Assembly (NCBI GenBank): GCA_046330515.1
Contig: JAXLSP010000006.1
Location: 55,068-119,067 of the forward strand
Source: Nocardioidaceae bacterium
GTDB lineage: Bacteria > Actinomycetota > Actinomycetes > Propionibacteriales > Nocardioidaceae
Reading direction: 5' to 3'
DNA: 64,000 nucleotides
Made by a program: the position numbers and the translations under genes. Position 1 is the stretch's first letter; each line of letters begins with the position of its first letter. This document shows, piece after piece, positions 1 through 9,703 of this stretch. The notes under the pieces are model-generated. The model was given only the letters and a program-made list of their open reading frames with translations. It did no database searches and was not told the origin of the DNA.

Positions 1-46
1 GCAGCGCTTCGCCGCCTGGGCGGGGGAGCGGGGTCTGGTCACGCTC

Positions 47-1132
47 GTGCGGGAGACCACCGACCTCGACCGGGTCATCGAGGGGCTCGGAGCACCGGGC
101 ACCCGCACCCAGGCCTCCGGCGGCGACGAGGCCGCGGAGGCCGTCGCCCGCGTCCGGGCGCTCGTGAGCGCCGACCGCCAGGACCGGGTCCCCGGGCCCG
201 GGGCCCCCCTCGTCCTCTATGTGGGTGGCTCGGGCCGCTCGGGCTCCACGCTGCTCGAGAGCATGCTCGCCCTGCTGCCCGGCGTGGTCGTCCTCGGGGA
301 GGTCGCCCATCTCTGGGAGCGCGGGATCCGCAACGACGAGCTGTGCGCCTGCGAGCGGCCGTTCAGCGAGTGCGCGTTCTGGACGCAGGTCGGCGAGCGT
401 GCCTTCGGTGGCTGGGACCAGGTCGACGTCGAGCGCGTCCTGTGGCTCAAGGACGCCGTCGACCGGCAGCGCCGGATGCCGCAGACGGCACGCCGACACC
501 CCGGCAGCGACCTTCGGGCCGAGCTCCTGGAGTACGCCGCCCACTACCGCCGCCTCTTCGCGGCCGCGCGCGACGTGGCCGGCGCCGACGTCGTGGTCGA
601 CTCGAGCAAGGTGGCCCCGACCGCGCTGGCCTACAGCCACGACCGGCACATCGACCTGCGGGTCATGCACATCATCCGGGACAGCCGTGGCGTCGCCTAC
701 AGCTGGTCCAAGGCCGTCGCGCGGCCCGAGACCGGCTCCGAGGAGCTCATGCCCCAGCTGTCGGCGCGGGAGTCGACGGCGCTCTGGCTGAGCCACAACT
801 ACAGCATCGGCCTGCTGCGCTACCGGCACGTGCCCGTCGCGCGGCTGCGCTACGAGGACCTCATGGAGGACCCGGCGTCCGTCGTACGCACCGCCTGGCG
901 GGCCCTGGACCTGCCCGGCGACGGGGAGCTCCCGATGATCGACCGGCACACCCTGGAGCTCGAGCCCACCCACTCCGTCGCCGGCAACCCGAGCAGGTTC
1001 CGGCACGGCGTCACGACCCTGCGGCCCGACACGGCCTGGAGGGACAACATGTCCGCGCATGACCGTCGGCTGGTGACGGCCCTGACCCTGCCGGCGCTCG
1101 CCTCCGCCGGCTACCTCCGGAGGAAGCGATGA
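47..1132 (+). CDS. PAPS-type sulfotransferase family protein (frame is open to window start, so the 5' end may be truncated)
   Basis: P-loop-like 5'-PSB motif YVGGSGRSGSTLLESML and 3'-PB-like IIRDSRGVAYSW. Stop overlaps the next start (ATGA at 1129). Confidence 0.8.
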   Translation: MRETTDLDRVIEGLGAPGTRTQASGGDEAAEAVARVRALVSADRQDRVPGPGAPLVLYVGGSGRSGSTLLESMLALLPGVVVLGEVAHLWERGIRNDELCACERPFSECAFWTQVGERAFGGWDQVDVERVLWLKDAVDRQRRMPQTARRHPGSDLRAELLEYAAHYRRLFAAARDVAGADVVVDSSKVAPTALAYSHDRHIDLRVMHIIRDSRGVAYSWSKAVARPETGSEELMPQLSARESTALWLSHNYSIGLLRYRHVPVARLRYEDLMEDPASVVRTAWRALDLPGDGELPMIDRHTLELEPTHSVAGNPSRFRHGVTTLRPDTAWRDNMSAHDRRLVTALTLPALASAGYLRRKR

Positions 1133-2040
1133 CGAGCTCGGTGACCGTGGTCATCGCCACCCGGGACCGCCCCGAGATGATGCGGGAGGCCCTGGCGTCG
1201 GTCCTCGAGCAGGACTATGCCGGTCCCGTCGAGGTGATCCTCGTCTTCGACCAGGCCGAGCCCGAGCTCGACCTGGCCACCGAGGCCGACCCGCTCCGCC
1301 GGGTGGTGGTCACGACCAACGGCCGCTCGCCCGGGCTGGCCGGGGCTCGCAACACCGGCATCACGGCGTCGCAGTCCGACTACGTCGCCTTCCTCGACGA
1401 CGACGACCTGTGGCTCCCGGGCAAGCTCGGCGCCCAGGTCGCGCTGCTGGATGCCGACCCCGAGGCCGTGCTGGCGACCACCGGGATCGTCGTGGACTAC
1501 GACGGCGAGCGGCACCCCCGGGTGCTGCCGCAGCCGACCGTCGGCCTCGCCGACCTGCTGCGCGACCGGCACACCGAGCTGCACCCCTCGACGTTCGTCG
1601 CGCGCCGCTCCGCGCTGCTCGGCCCGGTGGGTCTGGTCGACCAGGAGGTGCCGGGCGGCTTCGGGGAGGACTACGACCTGTTGCTGCGGGCGGCCAAGGT
1701 GCACCCGATCCTCAACGTCACCGAGCCGCTCACGCGGGTCCGGTGGGGCGCCCAGTCGTTCTTCTTCCGGCGCTGGCCGATGATGGCCGAGGGCCTGACC
1801 TGGATGCTCGCCCGGCATCCCGAGTTCGCCTCGTCGCCGCGTGGCTCGGCGCGCATCCGTGGCCAGATCGCCTTCGCGCACGCGGCCATGGGCCACCGAC
1901 GGGAGGCCCTGCGCTGGGCGGCCACCGCCGTCCGCCGCAGCCCGGTCGAGCCGCGGGTGCCCCTGGCGGTCGCCGTGGCCCTCGGGCTGTCGCCCGACCT
2001 GGTGATGACGAGGCTCCACAAGCACGGGAGGGGCATATGA
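1129..2040 (+). CDS. Family 2 glycosyltransferase
   Basis: N-terminal VTVVIATRDRPEMMREALASVLEQDY and a DDDD (DxD) motif typical of GT2. 4-nt overlaps with both neighbours. Confidence 0.85.
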   Translation: MTSSVTVVIATRDRPEMMREALASVLEQDYAGPVEVILVFDQAEPELDLATEADPLRRVVVTTNGRSPGLAGARNTGITASQSDYVAFLDDDDLWLPGKLGAQVALLDADPEAVLATTGIVVDYDGERHPRVLPQPTVGLADLLRDRHTELHPSTFVARRSALLGPVGLVDQEVPGGFGEDYDLLLRAAKVHPILNVTEPLTRVRWGAQSFFFRRWPMMAEGLTWMLARHPEFASSPRGSARIRGQIAFAHAAMGHRREALRWAATAVRRSPVEPRVPLAVAVALGLSPDLVMTRLHKHGRGI

Positions 2041-2573
2041 CCGACGAGCAGGCACCGGCCAACCCCGCCGCGGGCCTGGCGCTGGGGGAGCTCGTCCGCG
2101 CCGACCTGCGCGCCAACCGCGGCTACCCCAAGAGCGTCGTGGTGCTCCTCGGCTTCCGCGTGGCCCAGGCCGCCCGCGCCCGTGGGGGTCCGGTCGGCCG
2201 GGTCGCCTACCTCCTCGCCGGCACTCTCTACAAGCTGCTGGCCGAGTGGGTGCTCGGCGTCGAGCTCCCGCCGAGCACGCCCGTGGGGCCGGGACTCCGG
2301 CTGCGCCACGGGGTCGGGCTCGTGGTCAACCCGCACGCCCGGATCGGGGCCAACGTCATGCTGCGGCACGGTGTCACGATCGGCAACCGGCTCACCGAGA
2401 CCGACTGCCCGGTGATCGAGGACGACGTCGAGGTCGGCGCCGGGGCGATCCTGATCGGTGCCATCACCATCGGCCGTGGCGCCCTCGTGGGTGCGGGGGC
2501 CGTGGTGTCCCAGGACGTGCCGGCCGGAGCGGTGGTGCTCGGACCGCGCCCCACGATCAGAGAGCGCGACTGA
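2037..2573 (+). CDS. Hexapeptide-repeat O-acetyltransferase (WcaB/CysE-like)
   Basis: Inner ATG at 2037 of ORF 1410..2573. C-terminal left-handed beta-helix repeats: IGANVMLRHGVTIGN...VEVGAGAILIGAITIGRGALVGAGAVV. Confidence 0.8.
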   Translation: MTDEQAPANPAAGLALGELVRADLRANRGYPKSVVVLLGFRVAQAARARGGPVGRVAYLLAGTLYKLLAEWVLGVELPPSTPVGPGLRLRHGVGLVVNPHARIGANVMLRHGVTIGNRLTETDCPVIEDDVEVGAGAILIGAITIGRGALVGAGAVVSQDVPAGAVVLGPRPTIRERD

Positions 2574-3948
2574 GCCCGGCGTGGGGCGTCGGCTCCTCGC
2601 TGCGCAGGGCCAGCCCGGCGGCGATCATCAGGAGCGGCAGCCCATAGGGCAGCAGGCCGTAGTAGATGAACTCGACCAGCCCGACGAGCAGCATGCAGCT
2701 CACGGCCAGCCCGATCGCGTCGCGGCGCCGGAGCGAGCCGATGAAGGCCACCAGGAACCAGCCGAAGAAGCCGACGACCGCGGCCGGACCGTGGGAGTAG
2801 AGCACCAGCCAGAGCTGCCCCTGGGTGCCCACCGGAGGGTTCCCGGCCGACTCCGCCGGGCGTGGCGCGCCCATGCCGAACAGCGGTGAGTCGGCGGTCG
2901 ACTTGAGCACCTCGCCATAGAGCGTGGTCCGGCTCTCGTTGGTCGCGCTGTTCTCGAGCCGGTTGTCCAGGCGGTCGCCGACCGGCAGGACCAGCACCGC
3001 CACCACGGCCAGGACGCCGATGAGGGTGACCCCGAGGATGGCGCGGGCGTGGCGCAGGAGGGCGAGGCGGAGCGAGATGTAGGCCAGCGAGACGGCGAGC
3101 CCGAGGAACATGCCGCGGTTGAGGGTGAGGACGGCGGGGACGAACCCGATCGGGACCGCCAGCGCGAGCACCAGGAACCGCCGCTCCCGGCGCACCAGGA
3201 CCAGGTAGGCGATGACGAGGGGGAACAGCAGCGAGAAGACGTTGCCCCAGTTGTTGGTGTAGAGGAACGGCGCGCTGGGCCGGGGCGCGATCTGGAAGTA
3301 GGAGTCGGGGTTGTACTGGGCGAACCGCCGGATCACCATCTGGTTGACCAGCTCGTTGTTGGTCAGCGCCCCCGGCAGGACATAGGACAGCGGGGTGCGG
3401 ATCACGGTCTTGGGGAAGAACAGGCCCAGGAAGCCGCCCACGATCGTGGTCGCCCAGAAGACCACCGCGAGCCCCGCCACGAAGCGCGCCGAGAGCCGGT
3501 CCCTGCCGTTGTGCACATAGAGGAAGAGCACGGTGCAGGACAGGTAGATCGCCAGCCGGTAGCCGAAGCCCACGATGCGCAGCGCCGAGTCGAGCTCGAT
3601 CACCGAGACCGCCGACCAGGCCAGGAAGAACAGCCAGAGCCCGAAGCCCCGAGGGGCGCGCAGTGCCGAGCGCCGCCGCAGGTAGAGCAGCATGACCACG
3701 GCCATCGGGAACAGCATCATGTCGACGCAGCCGAGCGCCCACCACAGGGGGAACAGGCCGAACATCCCGACCATCGGCCAGCGTGGCAGCGGCGCCGCGG
3801 GCAGCGCCTGCTCGACGGCCGTGTCGACCTGCAGTGCCGGAGCGTGCGCCGGCGCTGGGCGGTCCACCTGGGAGGTCACGCGCACCAGTGTGACAGTTGT
3901 GGCCGGTCCCCAAAGCCGGAGCCGGTATCCTGGCCGCTGCCTCGCCAC
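2557..3948 (-). CDS. O-antigen ligase / Wzy-like polysaccharide polymerase (polytopic membrane protein); start uncertain (alternative Met near 3774)
   Basis: About 10 hydrophobic segments and a large loop, sitting in a Wzx/Wzz context. Called from topology and context only. Confidence 0.6.
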   Translation of the reverse strand: MARQRPGYRLRLWGPATTVTLVRVTSQVDRPAPAHAPALQVDTAVEQALPAAPLPRWPMVGMFGLFPLWWALGCVDMMLFPMAVVMLLYLRRRSALRAPRGFGLWLFFLAWSAVSVIELDSALRIVGFGYRLAIYLSCTVLFLYVHNGRDRLSARFVAGLAVVFWATTIVGGFLGLFFPKTVIRTPLSYVLPGALTNNELVNQMVIRRFAQYNPDSYFQIAPRPSAPFLYTNNWGNVFSLLFPLVIAYLVLVRRERRFLVLALAVPIGFVPAVLTLNRGMFLGLAVSLAYISLRLALLRHARAILGVTLIGVLAVVAVLVLPVGDRLDNRLENSATNESRTTLYGEVLKSTADSPLFGMGAPRPAESAGNPPVGTQGQLWLVLYSHGPAAVVGFFGWFLVAFIGSLRRRDAIGLAVSCMLLVGLVEFIYYGLLPYGLPLLMIAAGLALRSEEPTPHAGLSRAL

Positions 3949-3982
3949 CCGTCGGGGCAGCGTGCGCCATGGGGGGTAGCCG

Positions 3983-5818
3983 GTGTCCGACCAGATCGCC
4001 GAGAGCCAGTCTCTGGGTCTCGGCCGTTACGTCACCGTGCTCAAGCGGCGCCGCTACGTCGTGCTCCTGGGTGTCCTCCTCGGCCTCGCGGCGGGGGTGC
4101 TCTACCTCCAGGCGAAGCAGACGCACAGCACGGCCTACACCCTGGTCAACATCAACGTCATCTCCAGCGACCCGTTCACCTTCGTGAAGTCGCCGTCGGA
4201 GCTGCTCGACTCGCAGAACGAGATCCAGTCCGCGCGCTCCTCCGACGTCCTCAAGGCGGCGGCCACGACGCTCGGCACCGACCAGCCGATCCTCGACATG
4301 CGGGCCAACCTCGACGTCAGCCTGCTCCAGAACGGCACCGTCGTCCGCGTGACCTACCAGGCCGACACACCCCGCGCCGCACGTGAGGGCGCGGACGCGA
4401 TCGCGGAGTCCTACCTCGTCTACCGCGGTGCCCAGGCCGCCAAGCGTGCCGACACCATCGTGGGTCAGCTCGAGGCTCAGAAGACCGATGCGATCGCCGC
4501 GCTGACCGAGGCCAACAAGAAGGTCAGCAGCACGACCCCCGGGTCGAGCGCCCGGATCGACGCCGAGTCCGACCAGCAGGCGGCACTGGCTGAGATCAAC
4601 TCGATCTCGACGTCTCTCAACAGCCTCTACAGCCTCGACACCAACGGCGGAAACGTCTATGCGTCCGCCGCTGACAACCCGGTCACCACCAGCCCGCGCC
4701 GCGTGCTGACCCTCGCCTCGGGGCTGGGCGCGGGCCTCCTCCTCGGCCTCTCGCTCGCCTTCCTGGTCAACGTCATCGACCGCCGGGTCCGCGACGACTA
4801 CGACGTCGCCGGCGCCCAGGCCGGCCGGGTGATCCTGACGCTCCACGGTCGCCACGCGCTGCTGCCGGCCCAGGGCGACGACCGCGACTCCGTCGCCGCG
4901 GCGCGCGAGCGCCTGCTGGCCGACTTCGACCCCAACGGCGGCGTGCTGGCGATCCTCGACCTGAGCCGCGGGCACGGCCCCTCCGACGCGCCGGTCAACC
5001 TGGCCCTCGCCATCGCCGAGTCCCACGCCGGCTGCGACCTCATGCTCCCGGAGTGGCCGGTCGAGCACCTCGAGCAGCTGCTGGCGGCGCTGGGCGTCGA
5101 CGAGGTCCGCAGCGACCGCCCCGCCTTCATCGACGAGCTGGACATGCGGGTCATCACGCGGCCCGACATCGACCACTCGCTCAGCGGCGGCTGGATGAAC
5201 GTGCTGCGCGACAGCATCGCCGAGAACGACCCGACCCGCTGCCTGGTGATCGCCGTTCCGCCCAAGGCGTCGCGCGCGGTGCGGCTGGCGGCCGCCCGGC
5301 TCGCGGACGCGACGCTGCTGGTCGCCGAGCTGTCGGCCACCCGCATCGGCGACCTCGCCCAGCAGGCGACCGACCTGCAGGCCGTGCACTCCGACGTCAG
5401 CGGCACCATCCTGGTCGGCCACCGCAGGTCGACGGAGTATGTCCTCGCGCCCGAGCCGTTCGAGCACGAGGAGCACCACGAGCACGAGGAGCACCAGGAG
5501 CGCGAGGAGCACCAGGAGCGCGAGGTGCGCGGTCAGCACCAGGCGACCGAGCCCGTCGACCACGAGCCCGGCGACGACGAGCTCGAGCCGGACCTCCAGC
5601 AGCCCACCCACGTGGACACCGACGACGCTGCCGACGTCGACGCACGTCCTGTCGACGACCACGACGCCGCCGAGCCCGTCGAGCCGCACGGGGGCGAGGG
5701 CGGGCCGGCGGTCGAGGACACCGAGGTCGGGCAGTCGGCCGGGCGTGAGATGGCGCGTGTCTATGAGGCGGCCCGGAGGCTGGCGGAGCGCTCCTCCAAG
5801 CAGCGCGCCCGGAGCTAG
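3983..5818 (+). CDS. Wzz-like chain-length determinant fused to a degenerate BY-kinase-like domain and a His/Glu/Asp-rich tail
   Basis: GTG start. The N-terminus LGRYVTVLKRRRYVVLLGVLLGLAAGVLYL is Wzz-like and a second TM lies near aa 240. The C-domain aligns by eye to the BY-kinase fold, but Walker A reads GHGPSD. Tail is HEEHHEHEEHQEREEHQERE. Confidence 0.65.
   Translation: MSDQIAESQSLGLGRYVTVLKRRRYVVLLGVLLGLAAGVLYLQAKQTHSTAYTLVNINVISSDPFTFVKSPSELLDSQNEIQSARSSDVLKAAATTLGTDQPILDMRANLDVSLLQNGTVVRVTYQADTPRAAREGADAIAESYLVYRGAQAAKRADTIVGQLEAQKTDAIAALTEANKKVSSTTPGSSARIDAESDQQAALAEINSISTSLNSLYSLDTNGGNVYASAADNPVTTSPRRVLTLASGLGAGLLLGLSLAFLVNVIDRRVRDDYDVAGAQAGRVILTLHGRHALLPAQGDDRDSVAAARERLLADFDPNGGVLAILDLSRGHGPSDAPVNLALAIAESHAGCDLMLPEWPVEHLEQLLAALGVDEVRSDRPAFIDELDMRVITRPDIDHSLSGGWMNVLRDSIAENDPTRCLVIAVPPKASRAVRLAAARLADATLLVAELSATRIGDLAQQATDLQAVHSDVSGTILVGHRRSTEYVLAPEPFEHEEHHEHEEHQEREEHQEREVRGQHQATEPVDHEPGDDELEPDLQQPTHVDTDDAADVDARPVDDHDAAEPVEPHGGEGGPAVEDTEVGQSAGREMARVYEAARRLAERSSKQRARS
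5486..5521 (+). repeat. Perfect 18-bp tandem duplication (gaggagcaccaggagcgc x2) inside the Wzz-like gene
   Basis: Read directly: 5486-5503 equals 5504-5521. Encodes EEHQER EEHQER. Confidence 0.9.
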
Positions 5819-5822
5819 GGGC

Positions 5823-7334
5823 ATGGACCCCGAACCCAGCGGCTCGCGAGAGCTGCGCGCCGCCGCTCGCGGCGGGGCGCTGACCCTGGTCGGTTCCGCG
5901 CTCAGCGCGGCCCTGGGCTTCACCTTCGGCATCGTGCTCGCGCGCCTGCTCGGCGCCCACGACTCCGGCGTCGTCGTCCAGGCGATCGCGGCCTTCACCA
6001 TCGCGCTGAGCATCGGACGGATCGGTGCCGACACCTGCGCGGTCTGGATCCTGCCGCCGATGGTCGGCAGCGAGCCGCGACGGGTGCGGTCGACCACGGC
6101 CCTCCTGCTGGCGATGGCCGTCGCCGGGACCGGGGTGCTCGCCCTCGGGTGGTGGGTCGTGCAACGGCTGGCGGGGACCCCCGAGTCGAGCGGGCGCGCG
6201 GCCGTGGTCTCCGCGATGACGGCGACCGCCCCGTTCCTGCCCGCGGCCGCGGTCATGGTGGTCGCCCTGGCGGCGACCCGGGCGTTCGGCGGGGTGCTGC
6301 CCTTCAACCTGATCACCAACATGCTGACCCCCGGGCTCCGCGTCGTCCTCGTCGTGGTGGTCGTGCTGGCCGGTGGTGGCGTCGTCACCGTCAGCCTCAC
6401 CTGGGGCCTCGTCTGGGTGGCGGGAGCCGTCGCCGCGCTCGCGGTGCTGGTCCGCCAGATGCGCGCGGCCACGCCGCCCGGCTGGGGCGACCGGCCTCCC
6501 TACCGCGAGGTGCTGCGGTTCTCCCTCCCGCGGGCGGTGTCGTCGGCGCTCGAGCAGTCGGTGATCTGGTTCGACGTCCTGCTGGTCGGCCTCATCGCCG
6601 GCAACGGGCCGGCGGGTGTCTATGGTGCGGCGAGCCGGTTCGTCGCCGCCGGGATCATCGTCTCCACGGCCGTCCGCATCGTCGTCGCCCCGCGGTTCAG
6701 CGCGCTGCTCGCCCAGGGACGGCTGCCCGAGCTGCGCCAGCTCTACTCCGTCACCGCGCGGTGGATCCTCGTCTTCGGAGCCCCCATCTATCTCGGGCTG
6801 GCGATCTATGCGCCCACCGTGCTGTCCTGGCTGGGCCCCGGCTTCTCCAGCGGTGTCCCGGCGATGGTCATCCTGTGCCTGGGCTCGGTCGTGGTGCTCG
6901 CGGCGGGCAACGTGCAGTCGCTGCTGCTGATGAGCGGACGCAGCTCCTGGGCCGCGGTGAACAAGTCGATCGTGCTGGCCTTCAACGTGGTGGGGAACCT
7001 GATCCTCATCCCGCGCATCGGCATCACGGGCGCGGCGATCGTCTGGGCGGCGAGCATGCTGGTCGACACGGTCCTGGCCGCCTGGCAGACGCATCGCGCG
7101 ACCCAGGTGGCCGTCGAGGTGCGCGAGGTGCTGCGCACGGGCGCCCTCGTCGCGGTCTCCGTCATGGTCCCCGCCGGAGCGGTCGCCTGGCTGCTCGGCC
7201 AGGGCACCGTGTCCCTGCTGGTGGCGGCGGTCCTGAGCGTGACGGGGCTGCTCACGATGGCCTACCTGGACCGGGACAGGCTGCAGCTCTCGGAGCTCCG
7301 CGGCATCCGCGGCCGGTCGCGTCAGGTCGCGTAG
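5823..7334 (+). CDS. Wzx-type polysaccharide flippase (MOP superfamily)
   Basis: Inner ATG at 5823 of ORF 5439..7334. Polytopic, with N-terminus LTLVGSALSAALGFTFGIVLARLLG typical of polysaccharide biosynthesis (Wzx) proteins. Confidence 0.75.
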   Translation: MDPEPSGSRELRAAARGGALTLVGSALSAALGFTFGIVLARLLGAHDSGVVVQAIAAFTIALSIGRIGADTCAVWILPPMVGSEPRRVRSTTALLLAMAVAGTGVLALGWWVVQRLAGTPESSGRAAVVSAMTATAPFLPAAAVMVVALAATRAFGGVLPFNLITNMLTPGLRVVLVVVVVLAGGGVVTVSLTWGLVWVAGAVAALAVLVRQMRAATPPGWGDRPPYREVLRFSLPRAVSSALEQSVIWFDVLLVGLIAGNGPAGVYGAASRFVAAGIIVSTAVRIVVAPRFSALLAQGRLPELRQLYSVTARWILVFGAPIYLGLAIYAPTVLSWLGPGFSSGVPAMVILCLGSVVVLAAGNVQSLLLMSGRSSWAAVNKSIVLAFNVVGNLILIPRIGITGAAIVWAASMLVDTVLAAWQTHRATQVAVEVREVLRTGALVAVSVMVPAGAVAWLLGQGTVSLLVAAVLSVTGLLTMAYLDRDRLQLSELRGIRGRSRQVA

Positions 7335-7343
7335 AGTCTCGCC

Positions 7344-8237
7344 GTGGCAGCTTCCTTGAAGGACCGTTCCCCGCGCTGGCTGAAGTCGGGCGCCGACCAG
7401 CTGACGCGTCGCTACGCGATGGCCACGGTCGCCGACCGGCCCGCGCCCGACTTCCTCATCATCGGGACCAAGCGCGGCGGGACCACCTCGCTGTTCAACT
7501 ACCTGCTGCAGCACCCGGGCATCCTCGGGCTCTACCCGCAGAACCGCGGCAAGAAGAGCACCGACTACTTCTTCAAGGAGCTCCCGCGCGGCGACGCCTG
7601 GTATCGCTCGCACTTCCACAGCCGCACCTACCGCGCCACGCTGCGCAAGCGCCTGGGCTACACCCCCGTCGGGGGCGAGGCCTCGCCCTACTACATGTGG
7701 GACCCGCGGATCGCGCCCCTCGTGGCGCACGCCGCCCCCCAGGTCAAGGCGATCGCCCTCGTGCGCGACCCCGTCGAGCGGGCCTACTCGCACTACCAGG
7801 AGCGCAAGCAGAACGGCGTCGAGCCGCTCACCTTCACCGAGGCGCTGGCCGCCGAGGAGGAGCGCACCGCCGGCGAGGTCGACGCGATGATGGCCGACTC
7901 CCGCTACTACAGCTCGGCCCACGACTTCTACACCTACCGGGCACGCGGCCTCTATCTCCCGCAGCTGCAGCAGTGGGCCGACGCCCTGGGACGTGACCAG
8001 CTCCTGGTGCTGCGCAGCGAGGACATGTACGCCGACGTCAACGGCGTCTTCGCCGAGACCTGCCGCTTCCTGGGACTGCCCGAGCACCAGCTGGCCCGGC
8101 GGGGGCCCTTCAACGCCCGCCACCGGCAGTCGGACATGCCCGACGCCGACCGGGCGGAGCTGACGGCCTTCTATGCGCCGCACAACGCGGCCCTGGAGGA
8201 GTGGCTCGGGCGTCCGCTCGACTGGTCGAAGCCCTGA
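7344..8237 (+). CDS. PAPS-type sulfotransferase
   Basis: FLIIGTKRGGTTSLFNYL (5'-PSB) and LVRDPVERAYSHY (3'-PB). Alternative start ATG at 7419. Confidence 0.8.
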   Translation: MAASLKDRSPRWLKSGADQLTRRYAMATVADRPAPDFLIIGTKRGGTTSLFNYLLQHPGILGLYPQNRGKKSTDYFFKELPRGDAWYRSHFHSRTYRATLRKRLGYTPVGGEASPYYMWDPRIAPLVAHAAPQVKAIALVRDPVERAYSHYQERKQNGVEPLTFTEALAAEEERTAGEVDAMMADSRYYSSAHDFYTYRARGLYLPQLQQWADALGRDQLLVLRSEDMYADVNGVFAETCRFLGLPEHQLARRGPFNARHRQSDMPDADRAELTAFYAPHNAALEEWLGRPLDWSKP

Positions 8238-8249
8238 CCGGTCAGCCCG

Positions 8250-9500
8250 TCACGGACCGAGGAGCCGGCGGCCCTCGTCGACGACCCGCGACACCTCGGC
8301 GGGGGAGATCCAGGCGCGCTCCCAGCCCGACCGGGCAGCGAGCGTGAGCGCCCGCTCGGCGACCGTGAGGGCATAGGCGCCGGCGACCGCACCGTCGGCG
8401 CGCGCGCCGACACCGGCGGCGCGGAGGTGGTGGCGCGCGTCGGCGACGCAGTCGGCCAGGGCGACCCCCGCGATCCCGCCCGCGCGCTCGCGGCGCACGC
8501 TGAGCGCCCAGTGCAGCGCGTCCAGCCCGGCGAGCGCGTCGGGCTCACAGGTCTCCCAGTCCCAGCACCACAGGCCGCCCGCCTCGTCCCGCGCGCAGTT
8601 CCACGGGGTCAGGTCGCCGTGCCAACGGGCCACCACCGGGAGCTCGAGTTCCACCGCGGCCACGCTCCGTGCCAGGGACGCGACAGTGTCGACCAGGTCC
8701 GTGGGCCCCGCGCCGTCGAGGCCGCGGAGCCGGGCCAGGACGCCACCCAGCTGCTGGGTGCCCGCGGGAGTGTCACGTCGCACGACCGGGGTGAGCGCCA
8801 TCAGCTCCGTCGAGGTCACCGTGTCGTCCCGCCCGCGGAGGGCCCGGGCACCCTCGGGGAGCGGCTCGGTCACCACCCACGGGTGGCCGGCGACCGTGCC
8901 GGCGGCGAGGGCGCGCGGCACGCGCATGCCCGAGCCGCCCCCCTCCAGCTCGGTCAGCACCGACGTCTCGGTCGCGACGTAGGCGTCGGTGTGCGCGTTC
9001 CACCCGAGCTTCGCGTAGCCACGGTGCCTGCCCTCGCCGTCGAGCAGCTGCAGCGTGGGCTTGCCGTTGGGGCCGGGACGGACCCCGATGGCGGCGACGA
9101 GGGTCTCGTCGTCGAGGGCGCCTGCGATCACCGTCAGGGGGAGCTCCGGGTGCGCTCCGCGTCGGACCTGCAGGTCGACGCGGGCCGCTCCGGGCGGCAG
9201 TCCCGCCCGAGCGGCGACACCCAGTGCGCGTCGTACGGCGCGCTCCCTGCTCGGCCGCAGCCGGCGGTAGCCGTCGAGGGCCGCGGCGGTCACGTGGGGG
9301 TCGCCCGCCGGCACCAGCAGCCGCAGCCGCGCGAGCGAGGGCACGGCCCAGTAGCGCTCCCGGGTCTCCCAGCCCTCGTCGGGCTCGCCGGTCCGACCGG
9401 GGCGCCCCGGCACCAGCCGCGAGCTCCCCGCCGCCTCGGTGGCCGCCCACAGCTGGCGGCGCAGGATGTCGAGCCCGGGCGAACCGCTGGAGTCTGGCAC
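8250..9500 (-). CDS. Phosphotransferase-family (APH/choline-kinase-like) protein
   Basis: Catalytic-loop-like WHGDLTPWNCA followed by CWDWETC, as in aminoglycoside phosphotransferase-fold kinases. Confidence 0.65.
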   Translation of the reverse strand: MPDSSGSPGLDILRRQLWAATEAAGSSRLVPGRPGRTGEPDEGWETRERYWAVPSLARLRLLVPAGDPHVTAAALDGYRRLRPSRERAVRRALGVAARAGLPPGAARVDLQVRRGAHPELPLTVIAGALDDETLVAAIGVRPGPNGKPTLQLLDGEGRHRGYAKLGWNAHTDAYVATETSVLTELEGGGSGMRVPRALAAGTVAGHPWVVTEPLPEGARALRGRDDTVTSTELMALTPVVRRDTPAGTQQLGGVLARLRGLDGAGPTDLVDTVASLARSVAAVELELPVVARWHGDLTPWNCARDEAGGLWCWDWETCEPDALAGLDALHWALSVRRERAGGIAGVALADCVADARHHLRAAGVGARADGAVAGAYALTVAERALTLAARSGWERAWISPAEVSRVVDEGRRLLGP

Positions 9501-9703
9501 GCGAGCACCCTACCCAGCACCCGCCGAACCGGTCGTCGCGCGGAGCGCCTACCACAGGTGGTCAAGCACCGACACCCAAATGTCTGGAATGACTCGGACG
9601 ACTCTTGGTGGACACAGGTCCGCGGGTTACCCTGAGGCCGTCTGATGGCGTGCGGCTCGGGTCATGCCTTTGCGTCCAATGCTCAGTGGGGGAGCACGAC
9701 AAC

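Noticed and set aside
2228-6472. 1414-aa minus-strand ORF spanning the acetyltransferase, Wzy, Wzz and Wzx region
   Set aside because: Shadow ORF typical of very GC-rich DNA. The translation is low-complexity Arg/Pro/Gly/Ala-rich with no family motifs. Recognisable genes on both strands cover it.
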